From a phage: 50,979 bases of DNA. The notes beneath the pieces were generated by a model. It had not been told where the DNA came from and made no database searches. It saw only the letters and a list, made by a program, of their open reading frames with translations. The DNA is taken from sequence record PZ445502.1; one strand, 5' to 3'. A program made the translations under genes and the position numbers. Of the stretch, positions 1 through 9,959 are shown in pieces. How positions within the stretch are numbered: position 1 is the stretch's first letter; each line of letters starts with the position of its first letter.

Positions 1-1569
1 ATGATCATATGGGAAGATTTGACGGCAGCGCAAAAGCGAGCCATTAAAGAAATCAGTGAGCATTCATTCGAAAAGATGATCAGAATCTGGTTCCAGTTAT
101 TGCAGGGGCAAAAATTCCAGAGCAACTGGCATTTTAGCTTATTGTGCAGTGAGGTAGAGAAGATCATCAATGGAGAGTCGCAGAATGTGATTTTCAATAT
201 TACGCCAGGTAGCGGCAAGACTGAGATTTTCTCGATCCACATGTCACCCTACGCGTCATTGAAAAGCCGGAAGGTGAGAAACCTTAACCTTTCGTTTAGT
301 GATGGACTTGTCCAGCAAAACAGCAACAGGATAAAGGAGATTATCGGTTCTCCTGAGTGGCAAGAGCTATGGCCAGGAAAACTGGCAAAGGCGAGTGCAA
401 AAGATCTCATAGTTACGGATGGCGGCAAGGTTAAATTGCAAGTTAACTCACGATCTATTGGCGGACAGGTAACGGGTTTGCGTGGCGGCTATATGGACGA
501 TGGTTTTACTGGTATGCTGGTTCTTGACGATCCAGACAAGCCGGATGATATGCTTTCTAAGGTCAAGCGTGAGGCGATCCACATGAGGTTAAAAAACACA
601 GTGCGATCGCGTCGAATGAAAGACACTACGCCGATTGTTATGGTGCAACAGCGACTACACGTTAATGATTCCACCTGGTTTATGCTTAATGGCGGGATGG
701 GTGGTATTGAGTTTAAAGTTGTGAGTATTCCGGCGCTGGTTACGAAAGAATACCGCGAAACGCTTCCTGATTGGTTGAAGCCTGAATTTGATCGTGATGT
801 TCTGTCAAGTAAGCCAGTGATGATAGATGGCGTTGCTCATTATTCATTTTGGCCTGCAAAGGAAAGCGCGGAGGAATTGCTTGCATTGCGGAATGCAGAT
901 CCTTACACGTTCGCCAGCCAATACCAACAACAACCAATCGCGCTTGGCGGCAACGTGTTTAAAACAGAGTGGTTCCAGTATTACGGCAGAGGCGAAAAAT
1001 GCGCACTTCCTAAACCGGATCGCTTTGAATACACATTTATTACTGGAGATACAGCACAGAAGGCCGGAGAGCTTAACGACTATTCAGTTTTTTGTTATTG
1101 GGGGATGTATAAAAATCGCGTTTACTTCATTGATGGCATTCGCGGCAAGTGGGAAGCGCCAGATCTTGAATTAAATTTTATTGCCTTCGTTAATCAGTGC
1201 TGGAAGCGCAATAAGGAGTGTGGCAGCTTGCGACGTATTCACATTGAGGATAAGGCCAGCGGCACGGGTTTGATTCAGGGGGCCAAAAAGAAGATCCCGA
1301 TTGATATAAATCCCGTTCAGCGAAGCAATGACAAGGTAACGCGAGCAATGGACGCCGCGCCAGTAATGAGGGCCGGACGTGTGGCACTGCCAGAAAATCA
1401 TCCCATGCTGCCTGAGATACTGGCAGAGGTTGCAGCATTCACTTTTGATGATTCTCATCCCCATGATGATATTGTCGATAATATAGTTGATGCTGTTAAC
1501 GTCGAAATGAATTTGGCAGACGATCCGGTAGCAAGGATGAAAAAGCTGGCTGGTCTACGCAATAAATAG
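1..1569 (+). CDS. terL: terminase large subunit
   Basis: 522 aa; Walker A-like ITPGSGKTE and Walker B-like MLVLDDPDKPDD; first gene of the structural module; ATG at window position 1. Confidence 0.85.
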   Translation: MIIWEDLTAAQKRAIKEISEHSFEKMIRIWFQLLQGQKFQSNWHFSLLCSEVEKIINGESQNVIFNITPGSGKTEIFSIHMSPYASLKSRKVRNLNLSFSDGLVQQNSNRIKEIIGSPEWQELWPGKLAKASAKDLIVTDGGKVKLQVNSRSIGGQVTGLRGGYMDDGFTGMLVLDDPDKPDDMLSKVKREAIHMRLKNTVRSRRMKDTTPIVMVQQRLHVNDSTWFMLNGGMGGIEFKVVSIPALVTKEYRETLPDWLKPEFDRDVLSSKPVMIDGVAHYSFWPAKESAEELLALRNADPYTFASQYQQQPIALGGNVFKTEWFQYYGRGEKCALPKPDRFEYTFITGDTAQKAGELNDYSVFCYWGMYKNRVYFIDGIRGKWEAPDLELNFIAFVNQCWKRNKECGSLRRIHIEDKASGTGLIQGAKKKIPIDINPVQRSNDKVTRAMDAAPVMRAGRVALPENHPMLPEILAEVAAFTFDDSHPHDDIVDNIVDAVNVEMNLADDPVARMKKLAGLRNK

Positions 1570-1585
1570 CACTAATTGCTAAAAA
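1565..1585 (+). promoter_or_regulatory. variant copy of the conserved intergenic motif (AATAGCACTAATTGCTAAAAA), followed by TATATAAT and a hairpin
   Basis: overlaps the terL stop TAG; 4 mismatches to the consensus; -10-like box only ~8 nt downstream, so it does not fit the usual spacing. Confidence 0.4.
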
Positions 1586-1596
1586 GTTATATAATC

Positions 1597-1624
1597 AAGG
1601 CTGGATTTTTCCAGCCTTTTTTAT
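1597..1624 (+). terminator. rho-independent terminator-like hairpin between terL and portal
   Basis: AAGGCTGG-attttt-CCAGCCTT followed by a T-run. Confidence 0.5.
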
Positions 1625-1639
1625 TATGGAGATTTGACG

Positions 1640-2932
1640 ATGAGCGAAAAAACAAGGCTAGTTAAGGCCGATGGATACAACGAGATTTTCAAGGGTAGTA
1701 AGGGCAATGGGCGTGTAGAGTTGCCTTTCTTTATGCAGGGGTTCGAATACACCACGCACGCTGATTTTTACATTCGCGACGGCCTAGCAAAACGAATCAT
1801 CGACGTTGTTCCAGAAGAAATGGTGACGCCTGGATTTAATATTGATGGCGTGGAAGATGAGGAAAGTTTTAGATCTTTGTGGGATGAGAAGCGACTAAAC
1901 GATAAAATCATTGATGCGCTTTGCTGGTCGCGTCTTTTTGGTGGCGCTGCAATCGTGGCAATCGTCCAGGATGGCAGGGCGTTAAAGTCACCTGTAGCGC
2001 CCGGTGCAATCCTTGAAGATGTTCGCGTTTACGATCGCTTTCAGGTTCGCGTAGAAAAGCGCGAAACTAATCCACGCAAGGTGCGATATGGCGAGCCGTT
2101 AATTTACACCATTTCACCTGGTGCGGACTTGCCAGAATATCAGGTTCACTATTCGCGAGTCTGTATTATCGACGGTGAGCGGCTACCAAATCAGCGACGT
2201 CAATCAAATGATGGGTGGGGTGAATCGATCCTGAATAAGCGACTAGTTGAGGCCATTTGTGATTATAACTACTGCGAAAACTTAGCAACTCAATTGTTGC
2301 GACGTAAGCAACAGGCGGTATGGAAAGCTAAAGGTCTTGCTGATCTTTGTGATGATGATGATGGTGTTAACGCTGCACGTTTGCGCCTTGCTCAAGTTGA
2401 TGATGAGGGTGGCGTAGGCCGCGCGATCGGCATTGATGCGGAAGATGAGGAATATGATGTTTTAAATTCTGATATTTCCGGCGTCGATTCATTCCTGGAA
2501 AAGAAGATGGATCGCATTGTATCTCTTTCCGGCATCCATGAAATCATCCTCAAAAACAAGAACGTTGGCGGTGTTAGCGCGAGCCAAAACACGGCGCTTG
2601 AAACCTTCTACAAGCTGATCGATCGAAAGCGAAAGGAAGAATACAAACCAATCCTTGAATTTCTGATCCCGTTCCTGATTCAAGAGGAAGAATGGAGTAT
2701 TCAGTTTGCGCCGTTAAGCGTTCCCAGCGAAAAGGACCAGGCCGAGATCTTGAACAAGAATATTGATTCTTTGAGCAAGGCTATTGACGGTCAATTCATG
2801 GATGCAGATGAGGCACGCGACACATTGCGAGCCATTGCGCCTAACGTTAAACTAAAAGACGGCAATAACATTAAATTACCTGAGCAGGACGTAGAGCCGG
2901 AGCCAGGAACAACCGAGGGTAACGATCAATGA
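1640..2932 (+). CDS. portal protein
   Basis: 430 aa immediately after terL; GGAG 9 nt upstream of ATG 1640 (track begins at TTG 1634); acidic C-terminus. Confidence 0.75.
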   Translation: MSEKTRLVKADGYNEIFKGSKGNGRVELPFFMQGFEYTTHADFYIRDGLAKRIIDVVPEEMVTPGFNIDGVEDEESFRSLWDEKRLNDKIIDALCWSRLFGGAAIVAIVQDGRALKSPVAPGAILEDVRVYDRFQVRVEKRETNPRKVRYGEPLIYTISPGADLPEYQVHYSRVCIIDGERLPNQRRQSNDGWGESILNKRLVEAICDYNYCENLATQLLRRKQQAVWKAKGLADLCDDDDGVNAARLRLAQVDDEGGVGRAIGIDAEDEEYDVLNSDISGVDSFLEKKMDRIVSLSGIHEIILKNKNVGGVSASQNTALETFYKLIDRKRKEEYKPILEFLIPFLIQEEEWSIQFAPLSVPSEKDQAEILNKNIDSLSKAIDGQFMDADEARDTLRAIAPNVKLKDGNNIKLPEQDVEPEPGTTEGNDQ

Positions 2933-3684
2933 TAGTGAAAGGCGTCGTTAAACAATGGCGCTTTCCTGAGGCAAGCGAGCGGCAATTGCGCCGCTCAATT
3001 CAGGAGGCGATAAGGGATCTTGTTGTGCTGATGCGCAGCAAAACAAAGGAAATGAAATTTGACGCGGACACCGAAGAAATCAACGCCGCAGAGGATGAGA
3101 TTAGTAGCTTCGCGTTAAAGCTAATAGCTGGCATCGCCGCATCACTTCCGGCTATCGGTCTTGCTGTTTATAAATTCAACTCGAAGCAATTTATTAACGT
3201 AGCCAAATCAACGGGAGGCAAGTCAAATTCAGCCGTTATCATTCTTATGGCTATTGGGGCCAATGCGAATGAGAGTTGGTATAGGACGCTATACGGTCAA
3301 TGGCATGACATGACGATCGCATCTCTTCAAAAGCTATTTGGAAACATCGTGTCTGACTGGTCAACCAATATTAGATTGGCAAACTTTCGCGGAATGAGAG
3401 ATAGCCAGGTTAATGAATTGGCTGGTAAGAGGTTCGCAGTGTATAGCTCTTGGGGTAAGACAAGGGCGGAAAACATCATAGGCGCTTGGAATAGTAGACT
3501 CATGCGCCAGCGTCTTTATGATTCAAAAGTAACTCATTATTTTTGGCATGGTATGCTTGATGACAGAGAGCGATTGCAGCATGTACAATGGGAAGGTAAG
3601 CGCATTGCGCTAGATTCTGAACATGATTTTCCTGGTGAGCCTTTCGGTTGTCGTTGTTGGGCCATACCAGATTGGAACAGTTAA
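2929..3684 (+). CDS. head morphogenesis / minor head protein
   Basis: 251 aa; ATGA start-stop overlap with portal; position typical of an SPP1 gp7 / Mu F-like gene. Confidence 0.5.
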   Translation: MIVKGVVKQWRFPEASERQLRRSIQEAIRDLVVLMRSKTKEMKFDADTEEINAAEDEISSFALKLIAGIAASLPAIGLAVYKFNSKQFINVAKSTGGKSNSAVIILMAIGANANESWYRTLYGQWHDMTIASLQKLFGNIVSDWSTNIRLANFRGMRDSQVNELAGKRFAVYSSWGKTRAENIIGAWNSRLMRQRLYDSKVTHYFWHGMLDDRERLQHVQWEGKRIALDSEHDFPGEPFGCRCWAIPDWNS

Positions 3685-3694
3685 GAGGTATTAA

Positions 3695-4810
3695 ATGAAG
3701 GCAAAACAAAGATTTGATAGCGCCAAAGTAAAGGCGCACTTTGATGATAACGGGTTTTTAGTTGATCGCCCTATCGTGGCGCGAATTGGTTTACAAGTCT
3801 ATCAGACTCCTTTCGGTGAGCGCCGAGAATTTCGCCCTGCGTCAGAAGTATTCAAGGCCGACTCGCTCGCCACCTTTGCAGGGAAGCCGGTCACGGTTGG
3901 TCACGTCACGGTAACGCCAGAAAATGCCGAAAAGGTTGTGGTTGGTTCTTGTGCTGGCGCTGGTGTGCCTAACGGGATCGGCGTAGAGGTTCCGTTAAGC
4001 ATTTACTCAAAACGAGCAATCGAAAGCGCAAAGAAGCGAGACACGGCTGAAATTTCAGTTGGTTATACATCGGTTGATATTGATAAACCAGGCTGGGGCA
4101 ATAATAAAACTGGTGAGTATGTTTTCGATGAGGACGTTAGCGAAGACTGGAAACCTGATTCTCCTGATTGGGTTAAGTTTGATGCAATCCAGACTGAAAT
4201 CAAGGTAAACCACATCGCGCTAGTTTTCCGAGGTCGAGCTGGCATTGCAAAATTAAACCTTGATAGCCAGCAAGATTTTCCGTATAGTGACGACGTTATT
4301 AACAACAAAGAGGATCAAATCATGACTGTAAAAATTAAACTGGATGGCGCTGTAGAGTTTGACGTGCCGAAAGCGGTTGCGGATCACATTGAATCACTGA
4401 AAGCTGATACCAAAGCTCAGAAAGAAAAGGCTGACAGCCTTGAAGCTGAGCGAGACGCACTGCAAACCAAAGTAGATGGCATTCAGGATCAGATTGATGC
4501 CGCAGTCAAGAAGGCCAAAGAAGATGCCGAGCAATATGCTCAATTAGTGGCAGACGCTAAAGAGTTAGGCATCAAGTGCGACGGCCTGGATGCGAAAGCA
4601 ATCAAGGTTGCATACATCAAGGAAGTTATGGGCAATGACGTTTCTGATAAAACTGATGCCTATATCGAAACAGCTTTCGACATCGCCAAAAACTCTGATA
4701 AAATGGCGGCGCAGCGTAAGAGCATTAAAGGTGACTCTTTCGCGAATGAAAAGCAGGATGACGCAGGTTCTAAGCTGAATCCTAACGCTCGTTTTGAGAA
4801 ACTGAAATAA
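3695..4810 (+). CDS. putative head scaffolding / maturation protein
   Basis: 371 aa; C-terminal coiled-coil-like K/E/A/D-rich region; located between morphogenesis gene and capsid genes. Confidence 0.45.
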   Translation: MKAKQRFDSAKVKAHFDDNGFLVDRPIVARIGLQVYQTPFGERREFRPASEVFKADSLATFAGKPVTVGHVTVTPENAEKVVVGSCAGAGVPNGIGVEVPLSIYSKRAIESAKKRDTAEISVGYTSVDIDKPGWGNNKTGEYVFDEDVSEDWKPDSPDWVKFDAIQTEIKVNHIALVFRGRAGIAKLNLDSQQDFPYSDDVINNKEDQIMTVKIKLDGAVEFDVPKAVADHIESLKADTKAQKEKADSLEAERDALQTKVDGIQDQIDAAVKKAKEDAEQYAQLVADAKELGIKCDGLDAKAIKVAYIKEVMGNDVSDKTDAYIETAFDIAKNSDKMAAQRKSIKGDSFANEKQDDAGSKLNPNARFEKLK

Positions 4811-4822
4811 GGAGTAATTAAA

Positions 4823-5332
4823 ATGGCTAAAATTGGAGCAAGTTATTTTGACACTATGGCGCGTGCGCTTCCTGGTCAGGTATCCGATACTTCGGCATAT
4901 AACATCGACGGCGCTTGTGTTCTTGACAAGGAAGACGGCATCCCAATCCTGGTTGGCGTGGCTGTTAAGCTAAAAGGCGTTGACTCAATGGGTAATAAGC
5001 TGATCGACGCTATTTCTGGTAGTGGTGATGTTCCTTATGGCGTTGGCATCCGTTCGCACTTTCAAACTACGGCTGATAATGGACGAATGGTTTATGAGGC
5101 TGGCGGCGGAATCAACGTTATGACAGAGGGCCGCGTTTGGATGGTTGGCGATGATACCGACAAGAGCAAAAAACCATCGTATCGTGAGCCTGTAAAAATT
5201 GATGAAAACACTGGCAAGGTGAAAAGTGCTGGCACTATCAATACCAACTGGATTTACACGGGAGATAAAACCACATTTGGAACTGGCGATGATGTGTTGA
5301 CTTTGTTTGAAGTTCAGGTCTTCCCAAGCTAA
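4823..5332 (+). CDS. head protein, paralog 1 (possible decoration protein)
   Basis: 169 aa; strong SD; shares an N-terminal YNIDG-containing segment with the next gene; terminator follows. Confidence 0.4.
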   Translation: MAKIGASYFDTMARALPGQVSDTSAYNIDGACVLDKEDGIPILVGVAVKLKGVDSMGNKLIDAISGSGDVPYGVGIRSHFQTTADNGRMVYEAGGGINVMTEGRVWMVGDDTDKSKKPSYREPVKIDENTGKVKSAGTINTNWIYTGDKTTFGTGDDVLTLFEVQVFPS

Positions 5333-5337
5333 AATTA

Positions 5338-5362
5338 AGGCGCTCGCTTGAGCGCCTTTTTT
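5338..5362 (+). terminator. rho-independent terminator
   Basis: GGCGCTCGCTTGAGCGCC hairpin followed by TTTTTT. Confidence 0.6.
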
Positions 5363-5382
5363 ATTATGTAAGGAGAAATGAA

Positions 5383-6165
5383 ATGGCTAAAGATTATTCA
5401 TCTGTTATGGGTCTTTCTTGCCCTGGTTGTTTGGTTGATTCTACTCGCTACAATATTGATGGAACTGGCGTTTGCGGATCTGAGTCGATCATTGCTGGCA
5501 AAGTTGTTTTCTTCAAAGAGAGAGTGGAAGGTTATAACATATTTGTTGATCATAAAGAGTATGATGCTGTGGTTGCTGGTGTTGCTATAAGGAGCAATAT
5601 CACGACAACGGTTAACGAGGAAGACGGATACTCTGACTATAAGGAAGGAGATTCTATCAATATTTTAACAAGAGGGGTTGTATGGTGCTTAACTCAAACG
5701 ATTGAGTCTGCGCCTGAACATGGCGATCTTGTTTATGTTAACAATGATGGTTTTGTAGCAAAAAGTGATGGCGATGAAATCGTCGATGGCTGGATTTTTA
5801 CTGGTGACTTCTACAAGTTTGATGAAACAATGAACATAGTCGGAGTCAGAATAACGCCGCTTCATCATAGAAAATACCTTCTTACTGGTGCGATCATTGA
5901 GGCCGAAGATGGCTACATAGAGGGAACAGAGACGATTAATAACGTTCAATTAAAGGTAACGGTTGTTCCTACTTGGGCTGATGACAAAACGGGTCAGTGG
6001 ACAATTACAAACGAGCAAGATCCAAAGGTTGCCAGCGTTAGCCGTACAGGTCTTGTTGTTCCTACTGGTGTAGGAGGCAGAGTTAACGTCAACTGGACTG
6101 CTAATGATGGTTCTGGAGTTGCTGACCAGTTTGATATTGTATTTACGAAAACCGCTGGCGAATAA
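5383..6165 (+). CDS. head protein, paralog 2 with Ig-like C-terminal region (possible decoration protein)
   Basis: 260 aa; N-terminus similar to 4823..5332; C-terminal beta-rich T/V/G segment. Confidence 0.4.
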   Translation: MAKDYSSVMGLSCPGCLVDSTRYNIDGTGVCGSESIIAGKVVFFKERVEGYNIFVDHKEYDAVVAGVAIRSNITTTVNEEDGYSDYKEGDSINILTRGVVWCLTQTIESAPEHGDLVYVNNDGFVAKSDGDEIVDGWIFTGDFYKFDETMNIVGVRITPLHHRKYLLTGAIIEAEDGYIEGTETINNVQLKVTVVPTWADDKTGQWTITNEQDPKVASVSRTGLVVPTGVGGRVNVNWTANDGSGVADQFDIVFTKTAGE

Positions 6166-6192
6166 CTAATAGCATAAAAAAACATTGCACGT

Positions 6193-6209
6193 TTAACAAA
6201 AAGTGCTAT
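6193..6209 (+). promoter_or_regulatory. conserved motif, opposite orientation (TTAACAAAAAGTGCTAT), upstream of the major capsid gene
   Basis: exact core match; followed by a hairpin with T-run and then GGAGG before ATG 6256. Confidence 0.45.
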
Positions 6210-6215
6210 CATCTA

Positions 6216-6241
6216 GGCCGTTACATTTAACGGCCTTTTTT
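6216..6241 (+). terminator. hairpin plus T-run between motif and capsid gene
   Basis: GGCCGTTACATTTAACGGCC followed by TTTTTT. Confidence 0.45.
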
Positions 6242-6255
6242 ATGGAGGAAGCAAA

Positions 6256-7227
6256 ATGGCTAAAAAATACGATGAATTAGATGCTACCATTGTAGCAAAT
6301 CATTTACAGGTTCAGGGCGTTAAGGGTGATGCTTCTGATATGGGTATTTGGACCGCTCAGGAGCTACACAAGATCCGTTCAACGGCATACGAGAAAGAGT
6401 ATCCGGCAGGTTCCGCACTTCGCGTATTCCCTGTAACAAACGAGCTTTCTGATACTGATAAGACTTTTGAGTATCAGACTTTTGATAAGGTTGGCTACGC
6501 GAAAATTATCGCCGACTACACCGACGATCTGCCGACTGTGGACGCGCTGATGACTTCTGAGTTTGGCAAAGTGTTCCGCCTGGGTAACGCTTTTCTGATC
6601 TCCATTGATGAGATTAAAGCAGGTCAGCGAACTGGCAAGAGCCTGTCAACTCGCAAGGCTAACGCTGCGCAAAATGCGCATGATCAGTTGATTAACTTCC
6701 TGGTGTTCAAAGGTTCCAAGCCTCATAAGATCGTTTCCGTTTTCGATCACCCTAACCTTACGAAAATTGTTTCTAAAGGATGGATGAGCCAGGATGGAAA
6801 CACCAAGTTCCCTGATGTGGCAAGCGATGAACTGGAGGCCGCAATCGAAACGATCGAGGAAGTAACAAAAGGCCAGCACCGCGCGACTAGCATCCTGATC
6901 CCGCCGTCCATGCGCAAAGTCCTGACGGTTCGAATGGAAAATACCACTGAAAGTTATCTGGAATACTTCCAGAAGCAAAACGGCGGCATCACTATCGACT
7001 CTATCGCAGAGCTTGAGGATATTGACGGCAAAGGTACTAAAGGTTGCTTGGTTTACGAAAAAGATCCAATGAACATGAGCATTGAGATTCCAGAAGCGTT
7101 TAACATGCTTCCGGCGCAGCCAAAAGACCTTCATTTCAAGGTTCCTTGCACTTCCAAGTGTACTGGCCTTACGATTTACCGTCCGTTTACGATGGTGCTT
7201 ATTACTGGCTTGAAAAAGTCAGTTTAA
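6256..7227 (+). CDS. major capsid protein
   Basis: 323 aa; GGAGG SD; flanked by strong terminators; size and position fit an HK97-fold coat protein. Confidence 0.65.
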   Translation: MAKKYDELDATIVANHLQVQGVKGDASDMGIWTAQELHKIRSTAYEKEYPAGSALRVFPVTNELSDTDKTFEYQTFDKVGYAKIIADYTDDLPTVDALMTSEFGKVFRLGNAFLISIDEIKAGQRTGKSLSTRKANAAQNAHDQLINFLVFKGSKPHKIVSVFDHPNLTKIVSKGWMSQDGNTKFPDVASDELEAAIETIEEVTKGQHRATSILIPPSMRKVLTVRMENTTESYLEYFQKQNGGITIDSIAELEDIDGKGTKGCLVYEKDPMNMSIEIPEAFNMLPAQPKDLHFKVPCTSKCTGLTIYRPFTMVLITGLKKSV

Positions 7228-7237
7228 TTAGATAACA

Positions 7238-7266
7238 TGGGGAGCCTTAAGGGTTCCCCTTTTTTA
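7238..7266 (+). terminator. rho-independent terminator
   Basis: GGGGAGCCTTAAGGGTTCCCC hairpin followed by TTTTTT. Confidence 0.65.
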
Positions 7267-7283
7267 TTTATGGAGTACACAAA

Positions 7284-7550
7284 ATGAGCAAAACTTTAAA
7301 ACTTAAAGTAACTGGCGTTTGCATGATTATTATGGACGGTAAGCGTTATCATCCTGGTGATGAAATTGAAATTGAATCAGATCGCATTAATGATTCCGCA
7401 ATTGAATACCTGATCGCTCGCGGCGATGTGGAAGTTAAAGACAATTACGAAATTAACGAGCAAATCAAGGAGAAAGCGGAGAAGAAGCGCAAAAAAGATC
7501 CTACCGAGGGCAAGAGCCGCAAAGAGCTAGAGGATGGCGGCGAATATTAA
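7284..7550 (+). CDS. hypothetical protein, lysine/glutamate-rich C-terminus
   Basis: 88 aa; SD-like sequence upstream. Confidence 0.4.
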   Translation: MSKTLKLKVTGVCMIIMDGKRYHPGDEIEIESDRINDSAIEYLIARGDVEVKDNYEINEQIKEKAEKKRKKDPTEGKSRKELEDGGEY

Positions 7551-7594
7551 TAATTGGGGCGCTTATGCGCCCCTTGTCATATCTGGAGAAAAAA

Positions 7595-8014
7595 ATGGTA
7601 GATGAATTTTACACAGACGCTGAAATCGTTCAGCAAATCGTAAAGTTGGCCCCACCAATGCAGCAGGTTGATCCCGATTTAATTGTGGCATGGATTGAGA
7701 TTGCTAAAGAATTTGTTTGCAAAAAACGGTTTAAAAACTCATACCCGAAAGCGGTTGCGCTTTACACTCTTCACCTTATGACCTTAGACGGGGCAATGAA
7801 ACAGGAAGGTGAAAGCGTAGAAAGCTATTCCCGCCGCGTTGCCTCGTTCACTCTGACTGGTGAGTTTAGTCAGACGTTTGATCGAATTTCTTCCGATACA
7901 AGCGGAAAGCAGATCCGACAAACGCCGTGGGGCAAAATGTACGAAGTGTTAAACCGTAAGCACGGTGGCGGCTTTGGCCTTGTAACTGGATTGCGCCGGA
8001 GATGTTGCCGATGA
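7595..8014 (+). CDS. head-tail connector / head completion protein
   Basis: 139 aa from ATG 7595 with GGAG upstream; track start 7565 lies inside a hairpin; gene order. Confidence 0.45.
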   Translation: MVDEFYTDAEIVQQIVKLAPPMQQVDPDLIVAWIEIAKEFVCKKRFKNSYPKAVALYTLHLMTLDGAMKQEGESVESYSRRVASFTLTGEFSQTFDRISSDTSGKQIRQTPWGKMYEVLNRKHGGGFGLVTGLRRRCCR

Positions 8015-8385
8015 ACTACAATGAGATTGCAAGAATGGCTACGGCTGGGATTAACTTTTTCAGCGACGCTAACGGTATGTTTAAGTGCATCACGCAGCAG
8101 GGAGGGGTTGAGATTATCGGCGGAGAGGAAGTTACCAAGCCGGAGATTTCAGTGATGATAAAGGGGCTTGTTAGATCCCCGAAAGCTAGAGAGGTTGACG
8201 GTGAAACAATCAGAGTAACAGACAAGTTGGGGATATTCACCAATGAAACTGAGATCAAAAATGGTTATCAGATTGAAATTGATGGCGATCGTTACGTTGT
8301 CGTTGAAGCAAGACCAGTCAGGCAGACTAACATCACGGCAGCTTATCGTCCGATATTAAGGAGGATTGCAGTGCATGGCGGATAA
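8002..8385 (+). CDS. head-tail adaptor / neck protein
   Basis: 127 aa; overlaps upstream gene; gene order. Confidence 0.4.
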   Translation: MLPMNYNEIARMATAGINFFSDANGMFKCITQQGGVEIIGGEEVTKPEISVMIKGLVRSPKAREVDGETIRVTDKLGIFTNETEIKNGYQIEIDGDRYVVVEARPVRQTNITAAYRPILRRIAVHGG

Positions 8386-8818
8386 TTATAAGATCAGGGA
8401 ATTTCACGGTGATATAAGCAGGTGGATTGATTCAGTAAGCAGCGGCCTTGTTGATTGCGTTGAAATGTTCGCGACAAACGTCCACGAGGATCTTGTAAAG
8501 CGTTCGCCAGTTGATACGGGCCGATATAAAGCTAACTGGCAGGTAACAGCAAACAAGCCGCCGCTATATGCTCTCAATCAATACGATCGCGATGGTAGTA
8601 AAACCATTGCAGAAGGCAAGCGAGCAATATATGCAATCATGCGGGGCGGTGGCGCGGTGCGGTCAATCTATTTTTCAAACATGCTTATTTACGCCAATGC
8701 GCTTGAATACGGGCATTCAAAACAAGCGCCGTCCGGCGTGCTGGGAATCGTGGCGGTAAAGCTGCGATCCTATATGACTAAGGCAATAAAGGATTCGAGG
8801 GCAAAAAATGCACTATGA
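8366..8818 (+). CDS. neck / tail component (HK97 gp10-like)
   Basis: 150 aa; gene order; overlapping starts. Confidence 0.4.
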   Translation: MQCMADNYKIREFHGDISRWIDSVSSGLVDCVEMFATNVHEDLVKRSPVDTGRYKANWQVTANKPPLYALNQYDRDGSKTIAEGKRAIYAIMRGGGAVRSIYFSNMLIYANALEYGHSKQAPSGVLGIVAVKLRSYMTKAIKDSRAKNAL

Positions 8819-9209
8819 TTTAATGTTAGCGGCAAGAAAGGCGCTGTCGGCGGAATATGAATCACGATTCAAGATCGCCTATGAAAACGTTGATTTTGTT
8901 CCGCCTGGTGATGGTTCGATGTGGTTAAAATTTGACTACATGGAAGCCGACACAGATCGCATATCTCTTGATAGAAAATGCGTTTCTTATATCGGATTGG
9001 TTCAGGTTGGAATTGTTATGCCTCCTGGCGGCGGCACTGATAAAGCGCGTTTGCTGGCTAAAGAGATTGCGAGATTTTTCTATGATGGTAGAATGTTTGA
9101 AACTGGCTATATTAGCGAGGGGGCAAACGTCCACGCATTACTAAAAAGTGAAACAGGTTGGTTCTTACCGATCCGTTTCAGTGTTAGGCTTGACACAAAG
9201 GAGGAATAA
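8808..9209 (+). CDS. tail completion / tail terminator protein
   Basis: 133 aa; directly upstream of the major tail gene. Confidence 0.4.
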   Translation: MHYDLMLAARKALSAEYESRFKIAYENVDFVPPGDGSMWLKFDYMEADTDRISLDRKCVSYIGLVQVGIVMPPGGGTDKARLLAKEIARFFYDGRMFETGYISEGANVHALLKSETGWFLPIRFSVRLDTKEE

Positions 9210-9211
9210 TC

Positions 9212-9874
9212 ATGCACTTGCCTAATGGTTCTCAAATTTTCATCGGCGTTAATATGGGTGAGCCAATTAGCGCGACTCAAATCAGCAATGCTGATAATCC
9301 TGTTTTTACAACCGAAAACACTCAAAGCATCAAAAAAGGCGCTTATGTTCTTATTGAAACATCTTCTTGGGGCAAACTTGTTAGTCGAGTGCTTCGAGTT
9401 AAGGAAGTATCAGATAATGCAAGTGTTACTCTTGAGGGTGTTAGCACTAAAGATACAAACGTATTTCCAGAAGGGCAGAACACAGCAACTTTCCGAGAAG
9501 TGAAATCTTGGGTAGAGGTTCCTTGCGTACAGGATCTTGCGCAGGACGGCGGCGAGCAACAGTATTACACTTATCAGTGTTTGGCTGATGACCAGGAGCA
9601 GCAGTTACCGACCTACAAGAGCGCGGTTTCTCTTACCTACACTTTCGCTCATGAATATGATAACCCGATTTATCCGATCTTGCGCGAGGCTGAGGAATCC
9701 GGCGACGTAACCGCTTTGCGTATGTACGTGCCGAAAGCTAAAGAGATGCGTTGCTGGGCTGGCGTATTGTCTTTTAATGACATTCCGCAAACCACTATGA
9801 ACGAAATGGAAACTGTTTCCCTTTCTGTATCTCTGAAAGGCCGATTCACGTTCTTACCTTCCGACGTTAAGTAA
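9212..9874 (+). CDS. major tail protein
   Basis: 220 aa; AGGAGG SD; followed by a strong terminator and then the chaperone and tape measure genes. Confidence 0.6.
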   Translation: MHLPNGSQIFIGVNMGEPISATQISNADNPVFTTENTQSIKKGAYVLIETSSWGKLVSRVLRVKEVSDNASVTLEGVSTKDTNVFPEGQNTATFREVKSWVEVPCVQDLAQDGGEQQYYTYQCLADDQEQQLPTYKSAVSLTYTFAHEYDNPIYPILREAEESGDVTALRMYVPKAKEMRCWAGVLSFNDIPQTTMNEMETVSLSVSLKGRFTFLPSDVK

Positions 9875-9878
9875 AACA

Positions 9879-9900
9879 AGGGGCGTTGCGCCCCTTTTTT
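9879..9900 (+). terminator. rho-independent terminator
   Basis: GGGGCGTTGCGCCCC hairpin followed by TTTTTT. Confidence 0.65.
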
Positions 9901-9942
9901 CATTCCTGTAAAATCAATCTATCAAATAAATTAATTCCACTT

Positions 9943-9959
9943 TTAACAAAAAGTGCTAT
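9943..9959 (+). promoter_or_regulatory. conserved motif, opposite orientation, directly upstream of the SD of the tail chaperone gene
   Basis: TTAACAAAAAGTGCTAT followed by AAGGAG and ATG 9974. Confidence 0.45.

Noticed and set aside
6646-7134. 162-aa minus-strand ORF, with 6747..6947
   Set aside because: Antisense inside the major capsid gene, which has far stronger expression signals.
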